Below are positions 19,088-30,400 of a stretch of 64,000 bases of DNA, one piece after another. The notes under the pieces were generated by a model. That model did no database searches. It was given only the letters and a program-made list of their open reading frames with translations, and had not been told where the DNA came from. Every line of letters begins with the position of its first letter. Position 1 is the first letter of the stretch. Source of the DNA: an uncultured bacterium (GTDB lineage Bacteria > Fidelibacterota > Marinisomatia > Marinisomatales > AB-629-J13); the NCBI GenBank assembly GCA_964518835.1, contig CAZFKU010000001.1, positions 19,923 through 83,922 of the forward strand, in the 5' to 3' direction. Position numbers and translations under genes: made by a program.

Positions 19088-22000
19088 TTATTTCATTAAC
19101 ACAACCTTCTGAATTATTCTTTTACCGCTACCTTCAAATAATATAAAATACATTCCGCTTGGAAATCCGGTTGCATTCCATTTAACACTGTGAATCCCCG
19201 GTGAGAGTTGTTTATCCACAAGGATTTCAACCAATTTTCCGGTAATATCATAAACCTGTAAAGACGTACTAGTAGTATGCGTTGAGATGTTTGATCCAAA
19301 TGTCCCTACACCAACAGAAAACCGAATTGTCGTTACCGGATTAAACGGGTTGGGATGTGCAGGAAAAAGAGCAAACTCTGTGGGAGTGTGGGAAGAGGTG
19401 GATTTCCTCAATACAAAGGTTTCTGATTCACTATCTACTTTTAACACCTGAATACCTTCGCACTCAAATACATTCTCACTTTCATCTAGAATTTCCCAAC
19501 TTTTCCCATCTTTTAGTTCACATTCAATTTCTAATGGTTGTCCGTTATTTATCACATCAATCATACATTCGTTCGATTGGCAGAGTTTGGTGTCTCCTGA
19601 AAAACGGATGTCGGTTGCTCCTGATGGTGGTTTTGGAGGGAGACTGTAGTACACTATTTCTTCTTCATTAACTGGGATTCCGAAAAATAAGGGAATTCCA
19701 TTTAAAACAATCCGGTTAGCATTTTTTAATTTATTATCAAATGGAACTGTTTTATTTACCCGGTTTGACGTGGATAATTGAATCTCGCCGCTACCACTGG
19801 TTCGAATCCAATACCCATATCCGGGATTTACAACACTTGAAGGTGAATATCCATTTTCAGAATATCCATAAAGTGTATTTGGAACGAGAATATTTTCCGC
19901 ATCAATTATATTTTCCACAGGAATTGGAAAAGAATATCCTGAAATCAAATTCCAACCTTCCATCAATGAAATAGACAAATTTTCAACAGGAGTTCCAGTC
20001 ATTGCAATTGATTCAGTTACATCAAATCTCAGCCAATAACCTGTTCCTAATTGAAGTTCGGATTCAGATGAATATCCGGTTTCACTAAAGGAAAACAAGG
20101 TATTTTCAACTGAATTTGGGAAAATATTTTGAACTTCTGTATTTTCATAATCAAAGGGAATTCCGATCATGTTCCAGTCATTTATGATATGGATAGTTAC
20201 TTCATTTACAATTTCTCCAACAGTGAAGAATACTTCGACTGCGGTTTCAGAATTATAAGGATCATTGGAATAAATATTGATGGTGCCATAATAGTCACCT
20301 TCAATTAAATCAGCTGCATCACACATGACGTTGATATGTTGGGACTCGGTTGGTGGAATCATTCCGAAATATGTATCAACCGTCAGCCAGTTATTTTCCG
20401 GTTCAGCCGATTCAACCGACAAGGTGATGTTGGACGCTTGATGTCCACCGTCTCCGTATGTATCTTCTATCCAGAGAGTCCATGTTCCCGGGAGTGATTC
20501 TCCGGCAAAACTGTCTAAAGTGATGGAATAAGTCCCGGATTCCAGAGCACTCGCGATCTCAGCAGTGGTTCCATTGGGGGAGGTTACCCAGAACGACCCT
20601 TCCGCAGGCCACCAATCAGTCTGCCAATTGAATGAGAGTGTCCAATTGTTCATGGTGATATTGGGTTCAGTTATTTCATATTCAATCCAACCCATATCAG
20701 TCAAGGTATTGTAACTCCAATTGTATTGATCGGGACTGTCAGGAATATCAAATTCATCCCGTGTTCCGGATGCAGAATGCGTGATTGTGTAGTTCAGTTC
20801 TTCGCTTCCGGTATTTTCTATGATGAATGAATCAGTATCCGATTCTCCGGGCAATGCTGATGTATTCAGCGATTGAGTGCTTATGTACAATTCCGGTAAT
20901 TGTGGTGGAACTACAGTTGGAAAAATAATATAATCAATCCAACCACTGTCTTCTCCTTGAGAATCCCAGCCGTCTTTTATGTAGGTCCATGTAAATGTGT
21001 GTTGTCCTTCAGATACAGGGTATGCTACGGAACTCCAGTCCATATTCCCTGACCATTGACCAAAGACTGAATCGTCAATATCAAATTTTAAATAGTCATT
21101 ATTGGGTGATGAGGATACTTTTCGATAAAATGTTATCTCTCCGTTTTCCAGCACATCCAGTGTAACAGACAAAACGGAGCTCTGATTATCAAAGATTTCT
21201 CCTGATTTTGCGGAAAAAGTTCCTGCGAAAGATTCCTCCGTTATGATCCAGGGTGAATCGCCACTGAATTCCCATGGATAGAGATAAAAATTTCCGGTTT
21301 CAAAATCTTCCAGGACAAGTCCCACACTTAAAACAAAAGACTCACTGTATTCATATCCAATTTCGCTGGTACCGGTTAAAAGAAATTCTGCATTGTATCC
21401 CAGAGGAGTATCTACATCCACCAGAATACTGAAATTAAAAGATGATTGAGAACCTTCTTCAATTCCTTCGGTAACTCCGGTTCCACTGACGATTGTTACG
21501 AAAGGTGTTTCTGATTCAATATTTAGAGTAAATGGATCCAGGTCAGAACCACCGGAATTTTCCAACACTACCTGAAGGTCTGCTGATTCCCCTGCATCTA
21601 AAATACCATTGCTGTTATCATCGTTTTCAATAGATACAGAATTAACTGATAAATCAGGGGCAAAAGCTGTAATGGTAAAATCTGATGTCCAGTTATTGTT
21701 ATCGGTCATCATTGAAATTTGGATCTCAATACTTTGTTCATTAGGTACATTTTCTGAAATTTGGGCAGAAAATGCATCATCAATAACTAAAGTTTCATTT
21801 TCATCAATAGCATATATAAAAATATTTCCATTGGTAATTTCTATAAATGGATCATCGCTTTCTAAATTAATCATTATATCCATTGCAGGATCATTCCCCA
21901 TATTTTCAACGGAGATTGTAATTGATACGTTTTCACCATATTCAACAATTGAATCATCATTTGTGGTGGTTGTTACATCATTTACAATGAGGTAAGGACC

Positions 22001-23989
22001 CTCCGGTGAAATGACCGTTATGGGTTGAATATTTGTGATTCGGTCATATGCTGTAACGGTCAACGTCATTTCCCCCGGATCAGTGGGAGGGTTCAATAAT
22101 TCAAGAATAACACTTCCGGAAGCATCTGTATAACCGGAAGCTAATAATTCTCCCTCATTAGAAAGAGCAACAAGTGCATCGGAAAAACCGGTAGATACAG
22201 AATAAGTATTGGTTCCGATTAAAAAAGTCCCCGTATGACTCACATTTATGGGTTCAGGAATATTTGTCCTCACCACGAGAGATGCATCTCCAAAAATGAT
22301 CCATGTGAGGAACATATCAATTCCAGATTGCCCATACACATCCATCATATTGCAGGAACCATTATACCATAAACCTCCTATTGTATGTTTTTGATCAATT
22401 GCCTGATTTGCTGAATAATCATATCCTACAAGGAGATCCATGGTATGATCCTGCGCCCTCATGGGTTGACTCCAGTATTGGTTGACAGTTGAGGCGTAAA
22501 ATGCAACTGCACCGGTTGGGGAGCCGTTATCTTCATTCGTAGCTCTCAACCATGCTTCCGCAAAACAGGTTGTATTTTCAAATGCTCCATTCACACATCC
22601 CACAGAAATAACATGGGGTAATTCCCAGTCATTTTCCAGACCATTCACTTGATTTATATTGAGTGATGCACCGTTGCCCCATGCGGTTGTTGATCCATGT
22701 CCCGTATAATTGATAATACTTAGCCCATTGTTGATGGCATTTATCCCCTGTTGATCGGTCCCGCTTGGATCATAGACAGCATCAATTTCAGTATAGGTAT
22801 AATTAAGCAATTTCTCCCTTATCACATCAAGATGTTCATTGTCATATTCACCATCATCGCCGGGACCTTGATTGGAACCGATTCCGATTCCTTTATGCAG
22901 CCAATTTCCTTCAATGATATCCCTTTCATAATGTATGGACCGCTCAACTTGAGTTTCAACCTGGCTGAGGCTGGATGCTGAAAAACGGCCTACAAAAATC
23001 TCAGGATAATCGTCATTCCCTTCCAGCAATGAATAACTGGGATCGGAACCACCACCTCCTCCGTTGGACACCATGATTGTAGGAACCTGGGCATGATCAC
23101 CCACCAGTTGGACAAAACACAAATCATCGCTTGAATCATATTCCTGCTGAATGAATTCCCTGATTCCATTGGCATTTGCTCCCAATTCGTACACATCATA
23201 CAGATCACATTGAATCCCCTTTTGATTTTTCCAATCAACGAAGGGTTGAATTGCATTAAAAAAATCACCATAAGAAATAACGATCATTCTCCCTCGTTCA
23301 TCTACCGTTTCATACATCAAAGGATTGTGATTAATAAAATGCGAGGCATAAAATGATTCAAAATGTTTATTATATCCATTAACTGTTCTGTTTTTTATAT
23401 TTATTTCACCCGGTCCGGAAGGAATGACTTCCAAAACCAAATGATGATAAACTTTCAGAGATTGAGTTACGGGATTATATTGAAATGGAAAAAAAGTTAC
23501 AGTAAGTCCCCGAAAATCCCGTAAAATATAAGGGTCACCCAATTCTGTTAATTTACCGGGATAATATTCGTTTTGTTGATAGACATCGGAAAAAGTAAAT
23601 GGAACATCAGCCGGGGTTGTTGGACGGACAATTACGCCTTTCCCTGGTGCTATTTTTAAATTATATTCAATAAACTCAGATTCCAGGACATTAACGGTCA
23701 TTTTTATATCATCCGGAATAATGATGCTTCTGGTTATTTTAGGTAATGCAGGGAATCCTTTTGTTTGGATATTTACTTCTTGACCCAGTTTAAGAACGGA
23801 ATAAGTTTCACCCTTTATATCAACTTCAGTCCTATGAAACTGTCCAAATAAATATTCAATTTCGGTTTGATTGATTCCTTTTTCTTTTACACTTATTTCA
23901 AATAATTCGTGGTTTATCTGTAAAATAGAACCAAAAATATTTGAATTTAACAATGTATAAGCTAAAATTACTTTGAGTGTAAGTCTCAT
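19088..23989 (-). CDS. gingipain-like cysteine peptidase, family C25 (T9SS cargo), paralogue 2
   Basis: 1633 aa. The catalytic core is very similar to paralogue 1 (LCFVQLVGDHAQVPTIMVSNGGGGGSDPS; INYTGHGSTTAWG His431; VISVGCVNGAF Cys465). Jelly-roll at 20918-21313, an extra P-domain-like insert at 20405-20722, cassette at 19088-20191, HPNPFNP...VVLMK tail. Confidence 0.9.
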   Translation of the reverse strand: MRLTLKVILAYTLLNSNIFGSILQINHELFEISVKEKGINQTEIEYLFGQFHRTEVDIKGETYSVLKLGQEVNIQTKGFPALPKITRSIIIPDDIKMTVNVLESEFIEYNLKIAPGKGVIVRPTTPADVPFTFSDVYQQNEYYPGKLTELGDPYILRDFRGLTVTFFPFQYNPVTQSLKVYHHLVLEVIPSGPGEINIKNRTVNGYNKHFESFYASHFINHNPLMYETVDERGRMIVISYGDFFNAIQPFVDWKNQKGIQCDLYDVYELGANANGIREFIQQEYDSSDDLCFVQLVGDHAQVPTIMVSNGGGGGSDPSYSLLEGNDDYPEIFVGRFSASSLSQVETQVERSIHYERDIIEGNWLHKGIGIGSNQGPGDDGEYDNEHLDVIREKLLNYTYTEIDAVYDPSGTDQQGINAINNGLSIINYTGHGSTTAWGNGASLNINQVNGLENDWELPHVISVGCVNGAFENTTCFAEAWLRATNEDNGSPTGAVAFYASTVNQYWSQPMRAQDHTMDLLVGYDYSANQAIDQKHTIGGLWYNGSCNMMDVYGQSGIDMFLTWIIFGDASLVVRTNIPEPINVSHTGTFLIGTNTYSVSTGFSDALVALSNEGELLASGYTDASGSVILELLNPPTDPGEMTLTVTAYDRITNIQPITVISPEGPYLIVNDVTTTTNDDSIVEYGENVSITISVENMGNDPAMDIMINLESDDPFIEITNGNIFIYAIDENETLVIDDAFSAQISENVPNEQSIEIQISMMTDNNNWTSDFTITAFAPDLSVNSVSIENDDNSNGILDAGESADLQVVLENSGGSDLDPFTLNIESETPFVTIVSGTGVTEGIEEGSQSSFNFSILVDVDTPLGYNAEFLLTGTSEIGYEYSESFVLSVGLVLEDFETGNFYLYPWEFSGDSPWIITEESFAGTFSAKSGEIFDNQSSVLSVTLDVLENGEITFYRKVSSSPNNDYLKFDIDDSVFGQWSGNMDWSSVAYPVSEGQHTFTWTYIKDGWDSQGEDSGWIDYIIFPTVVPPQLPELYISTQSLNTSALPGESDTDSFIIENTGSEELNYTITHSASGTRDEFDIPDSPDQYNWSYNTLTDMGWIEYEITEPNITMNNWTLSFNWQTDWWPAEGSFWVTSPNGTTAEIASALESGTYSITLDSFAGESLPGTWTLWIEDTYGDGGHQASNITLSVESAEPENNWLTVDTYFGMIPPTESQHINVMCDAADLIEGDYYGTINIYSNDPYNSETAVEVFFTVGEIVNEVTIHIINDWNMIGIPFDYENTEVQNIFPNSVENTLFSFSETGYSSESELQLGTGYWLRFDVTESIAMTGTPVENLSISLMEGWNLISGYSFPIPVENIIDAENILVPNTLYGYSENGYSPSSVVNPGYGYWIRTSGSGEIQLSTSNRVNKTVPFDNKLKNANRIVLNGIPLFFGIPVNEEEIVYYSLPPKPPSGATDIRFSGDTKLCQSNECMIDVINNGQPLEIECELKDGKSWEILDESENVFECEGIQVLKVDSESETFVLRKSTSSHTPTEFALFPAHPNPFNPVTTIRFSVGVGTFGSNISTHTTSTSLQVYDITGKLVEILVDKQLSPGIHSVKWNATGFPSGMYFILFEGSGKRIIQKVVLMK

Positions 23990-24043
23990 ATTTTCCCTAT
24001 TTTATTTCCATTATATTTTAAAATATTTTTCAGTTTTTAACCA

Positions 24044-27000
24044 TTATTTTAACAATAGCATTTTATGGGTAATGATTTCTTTTCCGGTGGATAATTTTCC
24101 AATATAAATTCCACTTCCTGCACTATTGCCAATCATATCTTTTCCATCCCATGAAACTGTATAATTTCCTTGAAATTTGAAACTATTTTCCAACTGTTGA
24201 ATCAATTCTCCTTTGATGGAGAACACATCCAATTGAATATACGAATCTTCAGGAATTGTGTAGGTGATTGTCGTCACAGGATTGAAAGGATTCGGAAAAC
24301 TTTTTACTATTGCGAAAGATCCCGGAATTGAGGATATTTTTTTCAGAAAATAGTTATAAACATTTCCATCCAGAAAAAGATCTCCATCGCCGTTCAGGTT
24401 GAAATTCTCTCCATTTTGAAGTGATAATGACCAATTATCTTGGGAGTTTTTGATATGATATTCAATTTTGTTGGTTTTACTCATACCGTGAATAGAAATC
24501 CATCCCCCATTTGCTGAATATTTCATATTATCAGAAAACCGTACATCGAATGCATCTTCGGGGGGTAATGGCGGCAGGGAATAACTGAGCAAATATTCAT
24601 CAGAAATTTCATTTCCAAAATACAATGTATTTCCGTTAATCGTAATTGTATTACAAGATAAATGTTCTGTTATTTCCTTCTTTTTTCCAGACCTTAAATT
24701 GGATGAAAAATGAATGTCACCCTCACCACTTGAACGAAGCCAGTATCCTTTTCCTGGTTGAATAGTGTTACTTGCAATATATCCTGATGAACCATAAGCA
24801 TAAATCGTATTTGGAACGATTAGGTTTTGAGGATCGTTTATATTTTCCACCTCCACTTCAGAGGAAATTCCGGTGATGAGATTCCAGTCATTATTTAAAG
24901 TAACGGACAAATTATTGATGATCTGCCCCTGAATTTCTAGGGAATTTTCCTCAATAAATCGTAACCAGTATCCCACACCGGGTGTCAATTCCGTAACAGG
25001 AACATATCCCGTCGGACTGAAATAATAAAGTGTATTTTCTATAGCTCCGGGAAAAACTGCGGAATAAGAAAGGTCTTCGGTCACAACCGGTAAACCGACC
25101 ATATTCCAATCTGCCATCAGTTCCACTGTCACATTTCCTGTTGAATTATCCATAGCCGGAAAGTAAATATCATCAATCCAAGCACAGTCTTCTTCCATAT
25201 CAGTAGAACCACCACCGCCATCTTTTACAAAAGCCCAGGTAAAGGTATGCTCTCCCTGTGGAACAGGGTAACTGACAAAACTCCACGGTGTATCACCGGC
25301 TCCGGTAGGTTGATAATATCCCATGACCTCATCATCAATAAAAAACATCAATCCGTCGTAAAAATAATTACCGGAAGGACTGTATTCCGAAGCTACACGA
25401 TATTGAAACCCAATATAGTCATCTAACAGAGATGTTATCGTGACGGACATGGTGGATGCTTGGTTATGATTAACTGCTGCAGATTTTGCGGAATACACAC
25501 CGCCGTAGCTGTCTTCGCTTGTAACCGTCCAATTCATATTGTCTAATTCTCCGGTGATTGTATATTCTTCTATGGGATCTTCGTTGGGCCAACTGATATC
25601 ATATCCTTGAAATTCCCATGGAAATTGTGAAAAATCTCCTGATTCATAGGTTTCGTCCGGGGGACCTGTTGTTGTAAATGACCAGATGTTTCCCTGAGTC
25701 TCTCCATATTGATTTATGGATGTGATCTGCCAGAAATATTCTGTTTCAAATTCCAGTTGCATAGGGATATAAATGGGAGAATCTACCCACTCACCGAATA
25801 CCATATTTGTTGGAGGATTATCTGTACCCATAAACACAAGATAAGATGCAGCTCCTCCGCCATTTGACCATCTTAATTGGGTATCCAGTGATATACTGAT
25901 TTGATCATCAGCGGGAACGGGATTTTCTGCAGGATAAGGAGGTATCGGTTCCCCGAATACTTCATTCACTGCTTCAAAAGCATCTACCCTTCCGGAACCG
26001 TAAGTATTGTTTTTTCCAGCTGAACCAAGATGTAATGCGGTCATTTCAAGAATTTCACTGATCTGTGATGGAGTTATATTCGGGTCTTTAGATTTCATCA
26101 ATGCCATGATACCTGCCACACATGGTGTAGCCATGGACGTTCCTGACCATCCCGATTCATAACCGGTATCAGAATAATGAGCCAGAGATTTTATATTCAC
26201 TCCCGGAGCTGAGACATCCGGTCTAAACAATCCCATTTCCGGACTGTAAGGATAGTCATTGAATGGTGCAACATTTTCCCATGATGATGGTCCACGACTT
26301 GAAAATCCAGCTATAACATCATTACTATTCGTTGCACCAACGCAGGTAACAGCCGAAAGTCCGCCGGTTAATGTTTGATCTGGATGGAGCCAGGGAGGAG
26401 GAATATCGCCTGGTGTGGCTACATTATCCGGAATTGGATTTCCACTTAAATCTTCTCCGGCATTAGCTGCTGCTACAGAAGCAATTAGTCCAGAAAATAA
26501 AGCGGCATTCATCGAATTTCTCCAACTGTCTCTATCCGGACCCCATGAATGCATCCATCCCAGGGAAATGCTCATTATATCAACATTTTGCTCCACTGCA
26601 AATTCAATAGCCTCCCAACTGGAGGATTCGTATCCTCCACCACTACTATCCAATACTTTTAACGCCATGATTTGTGCATCAGGAGCTATTCCAGTTTGAG
26701 AACCGGAGGTTCCATCACCGGCAACTGTTCCTGCACAATGCGTTCCGTGACCGTGATCATCCATGGGATTGTTATCATTATTATGAAAATCATATCCATG
26801 AAGCGGGTAAAATGCACCTCCATTCCAAACATGGTCAGCTAAATCCTGATGATTGTAGTTCACACCTGTATCAATGACAGCAACAAGGACACCATTGCCG
26901 GTATATCCCTCAGCCCACACATCATCTGCGTTGACAAGAGTTACGTTCCAAGTAATTTCCCGTGAATCAGGATTTCCGGTTTCAGAATTATTTTCTGTCT

Positions 27001-27430
27001 GGTCAGGGAGAATAATGCGATACTCATCAAAATCAATTCGACGAATATCATCCCTTTCCGCCAATTCGTTGATGGCATTTCCGGTGGCTTCGCAAATAAT
27101 TACATTGGTAATCCATAATGGTTTTATATTAGTGATCAAATCATCATTTTTCAATGATGCTAAATGTAAGAGAATATCATTTTGAGACACTCCATAAAAT
27201 GATTTAAGATTTGATATTACTAATTCCCTCTGTTCATTTTTATCTAAATTGGATAAATCATCCTTTATATTTTCAAAATTATATTCATCATTGAGAGCAA
27301 TGTAAATTCGGATAAATTCCTGAGTGGGAGTGGTAGAAATCTTATCCAGCAAATGAGATGTTATTGGAGAACTGTTTAAAATGCTGATACTAGCAATCAA
27401 AAATAAATTAGCTATATTTTTTATTTTCAT
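24044..27430 (-). CDS. subtilisin-like serine peptidase, family S8 (T9SS cargo)
   Basis: 1128 aa. Catalytic triad contexts VLVAVIDTGV (Asp), DDHGHGTHCAGTVAG (His) and GWSGTSMATPCVAG (Ser). fn3-like segment, jelly-roll at 25157-25651, cassette at 24044-25135, FPNPFNP...MLLLK tail. Confidence 0.92.
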   Translation of the reverse strand: MKIKNIANLFLIASISILNSSPITSHLLDKISTTPTQEFIRIYIALNDEYNFENIKDDLSNLDKNEQRELVISNLKSFYGVSQNDILLHLASLKNDDLITNIKPLWITNVIICEATGNAINELAERDDIRRIDFDEYRIILPDQTENNSETGNPDSREITWNVTLVNADDVWAEGYTGNGVLVAVIDTGVNYNHQDLADHVWNGGAFYPLHGYDFHNNDNNPMDDHGHGTHCAGTVAGDGTSGSQTGIAPDAQIMALKVLDSSGGGYESSSWEAIEFAVEQNVDIMSISLGWMHSWGPDRDSWRNSMNAALFSGLIASVAAANAGEDLSGNPIPDNVATPGDIPPPWLHPDQTLTGGLSAVTCVGATNSNDVIAGFSSRGPSSWENVAPFNDYPYSPEMGLFRPDVSAPGVNIKSLAHYSDTGYESGWSGTSMATPCVAGIMALMKSKDPNITPSQISEILEMTALHLGSAGKNNTYGSGRVDAFEAVNEVFGEPIPPYPAENPVPADDQISISLDTQLRWSNGGGAASYLVFMGTDNPPTNMVFGEWVDSPIYIPMQLEFETEYFWQITSINQYGETQGNIWSFTTTGPPDETYESGDFSQFPWEFQGYDISWPNEDPIEEYTITGELDNMNWTVTSEDSYGGVYSAKSAAVNHNQASTMSVTITSLLDDYIGFQYRVASEYSPSGNYFYDGLMFFIDDEVMGYYQPTGAGDTPWSFVSYPVPQGEHTFTWAFVKDGGGGSTDMEEDCAWIDDIYFPAMDNSTGNVTVELMADWNMVGLPVVTEDLSYSAVFPGAIENTLYYFSPTGYVPVTELTPGVGYWLRFIEENSLEIQGQIINNLSVTLNNDWNLITGISSEVEVENINDPQNLIVPNTIYAYGSSGYIASNTIQPGKGYWLRSSGEGDIHFSSNLRSGKKKEITEHLSCNTITINGNTLYFGNEISDEYLLSYSLPPLPPEDAFDVRFSDNMKYSANGGWISIHGMSKTNKIEYHIKNSQDNWSLSLQNGENFNLNGDGDLFLDGNVYNYFLKKISSIPGSFAIVKSFPNPFNPVTTITYTIPEDSYIQLDVFSIKGELIQQLENSFKFQGNYTVSWDGKDMIGNSAGSGIYIGKLSTGKEIITHKMLLLK

Positions 27431-27438
27431 TCTTTCCT

Positions 27439-30400
27439 CTATTTTAGTAATACGATTTTTGAAATATTCCTATACTCGCCTGCAGAAACATCCAAAATGT
27501 ATGTTCCGCTAGAAACCTGCTTGGACTGATTATCCATCCCTTTCCATTTAGAGGAATATAATCCCGGAAATTTTTGCTCATTCATTAAAGTTTTAATCAG
27601 TTCACCTTTTATGTTATATATTTTTATTGAAACAAATGATTCGTTGGGAATACTAAATGAAATGCTGGTTTCATTATTAAAGGGATTTGGGAAATTTGGA
27701 TATACTGAAAATTTTTCGGGAATAGATTGGAGTTTTTCTAAATAAATCTGAGAGATATCCCCTGAAACTTGAAAATTTCCACTCCCGCTCAGAATTCGGG
27801 ATTCGATATGATCTGGTCTTGAATATCTCCAATTTTCATTAGTGGAAATGTTATATGAAATATTTTGAGTTTCTGAATTATTTAAAATAAATATTTTACC
27901 TCCAATTTCAGAAAAATAGCTTTCATTTTCAAATCGAACGTCCTTGACTATCCCGGAAAATAAAGGAGGAAGACTGTACCATTTTTCCATTTCTTCAGGG
28001 ATCTCCACTCCAAAATAAAGGGATCTTTCGTTAATTTGAATGTGGTTTGCTTCTTTTAATTGTATTGAAATATCTGGAATTTGTCTGTTAACTGCAGTGG
28101 GTGTATTTGTTAATGTAATTTCACCAGCTTCAAGACTTCGGATCCAGAAACCAAATCCCGGATCAATCATATTTGTATTTTCATACCCACCATCAATAAA
28201 ACCGTATAATGTGGGGATTAAAAGAATTTCTTCATTGTCAATGAGCCCATCATTTATATCAATTTGGGAAGATAATCCCCCAATCATATTCCAGCCTTCC
28301 ATGACAGTAATTTGCATTTCATTATTTTCAAATCCCGTAAATGAAATTGGTTCTTCGTTTACAAGACGAATCCAATACCCTGCTCCAATTTCTAATGAGT
28401 TTTCCTGAATATACTCACCGTCAAAAGAATAAAGTGTGTTATCAACCCAGTTGGGAAAAAGATTTCCAGCTTCCGTATCGCTCAAAACCACAGGCAAACT
28501 GACTAAATTCCATCCCAGCAAATATTCCGGAGAGACAGTGACAACAGGTGGGTTATTATTATTGGTTGGTGGAAATTCCACAACGTCTATCCAACTGCAG
28601 TCTTCCTCCATATCCGTTGAACCGCCACCACCATCTTTCACATAACTCCAGGTAAATGTATATTCTCCCGGGGAAACAGGATAAGAGATATATAACCATG
28701 GAGTTTCACCTTCGGTTGTGGGTTGAAATTGTCCCATTATTTCATTATTAATATAAAATTCCAATCCATCATAAAAATAATTTCCAGAGGGACTGTACTC
28801 TGAAGCAACTCGGTAATGAAAACCGATTGAACCATATGCAGTAACATCTACACTGAGAGATAAATTTGAAGTTTGATTATCATCAATTTCACCTGACCGG
28901 ACGGAGTACATTCCATCAAATACTGATTCTGTTGTAAAATACCAATCACTATCACCGTCTGTTGACCATTCATCGCTGAATGTTGAAGATTCAAATGATT
29001 CTGTGGAATATGTGTACATTTCAATTTCTATATTATGGTCTTCAACGCTGATTTCAATGGGCATTTCCACTGTGGAATAATTATCAGAAATGGAACGAAT
29101 GATATACATTCCTTCATATACTGGAGGTAAGGAAAAATTTCCGTTTTCATCCGTATAGACAATTTCTTCTCCTAAAATATTGACTTCCCCTTCATTGATG
29201 GGTTGTCCTGAAAAACCGTCTGTTACCTGCCCGGTTACGGTTACCAGATTTACGGGATTCATTGAAATATTCAATATTGTCTGCTGATTCGAAGTAATAT
29301 TAACATTTGCATTTACGGTTTCATATCCTTCAGCAGAAAAAGTTATATCATAATTTCCTTCCTGTAAAAGACGATAATAGCGGCCAAAATTTAAATCACT
29401 CATAGAAGGAAATTTAAAATTTCCAATGTTGTCAATTCCTTCCACATACACTTCAGCCACAACAGGATCACTGGTTTCCGAATTAGTGATAAGACCCGTA
29501 ATGGATTGGCGGTTTACCCGATTTAAGAGGATTTTAGATGCTTCAAGATTGTTTTCGACGATTTCATCAATCTGTCCAGCAGGTGGAATAAATTGAATTC
29601 CCAATTCAATTGTGAATGAAAAAATGGAGTGCACTCCATAAGCATAATCATCGGTTGTTCCCATGCATGGATACAATTCCAGACTTTGCTGTGGAGTGTA
29701 AAATCCACCATTCTGGGCAGGTATGGTATATGCCATTTCTATGGCGAGTTCTTCCAATGCATCATGATCCGGAGCTGTAACACCCATTTCATAACCAAAT
29801 GGAAAAAGCACCAATTCACTATAACTATGGTAAGTGATGCCAGTAACAAAGTGATGTGATTCCAACAAATTTTTCATTGCTACAATTTCAGGTTCGGACC
29901 AGGCATTGGGACCGTGATATACAGGAGAATTATAACTGTCCGATGTTCCAACATCTCCCCATTGAAATCCGTAATTACGGTTTGGGTCAACTCCATCTGT
30001 GCCATAGCCGTAATCATTAGATGTATCAAATTGTCCATTTTGGTTGTTATCTCGGATATTTTTCCGCCACCATAAATCAATTTCTTCAGTCACAATTCGA
30101 TGTCCGTTTGGATTAACAATGGGTATAAACCAAATTTGAGTATTATCAATAAATCCTGTTATTTCAGGATCCGTTCCATAATTATCCAAAAGGTGGTACA
30201 ATATTCCCATGACAACTTCAACACTGATTGGTTCCCGGGAATGATGGAGTCCCATGAAAAATGTTCCCGGTTCATCCTCTTCAATTTCTACATTATCAGA
30301 AACTTTCAAACCCCAAGATTCATGGTGATAATTATCATAATCATTGTCACCATCATCAGAATATTCTTTTCCCCATGTATCTCCTAAATCAACTAATTGA

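Noticed and set aside
16935-23271. Alternative-frame and antisense ORFs inside the C25 genes (16935-17345, 17668-18168, 21609-21995, 22990-23271 and others)
   Set aside because: They are fully nested in long genes with clear peptidase motifs and have no independent signal. I treat them as shadow ORFs.
14597-23989. Recent tandem duplication or gene conversion between the two C25 paralogues
   Set aside because: Even in the nearly identical protein stretch (LCFVQLVGDHAQVPTIMVSNGGGGGSDPS) the two DNA sequences differ at many third-codon positions. The duplication is therefore old.
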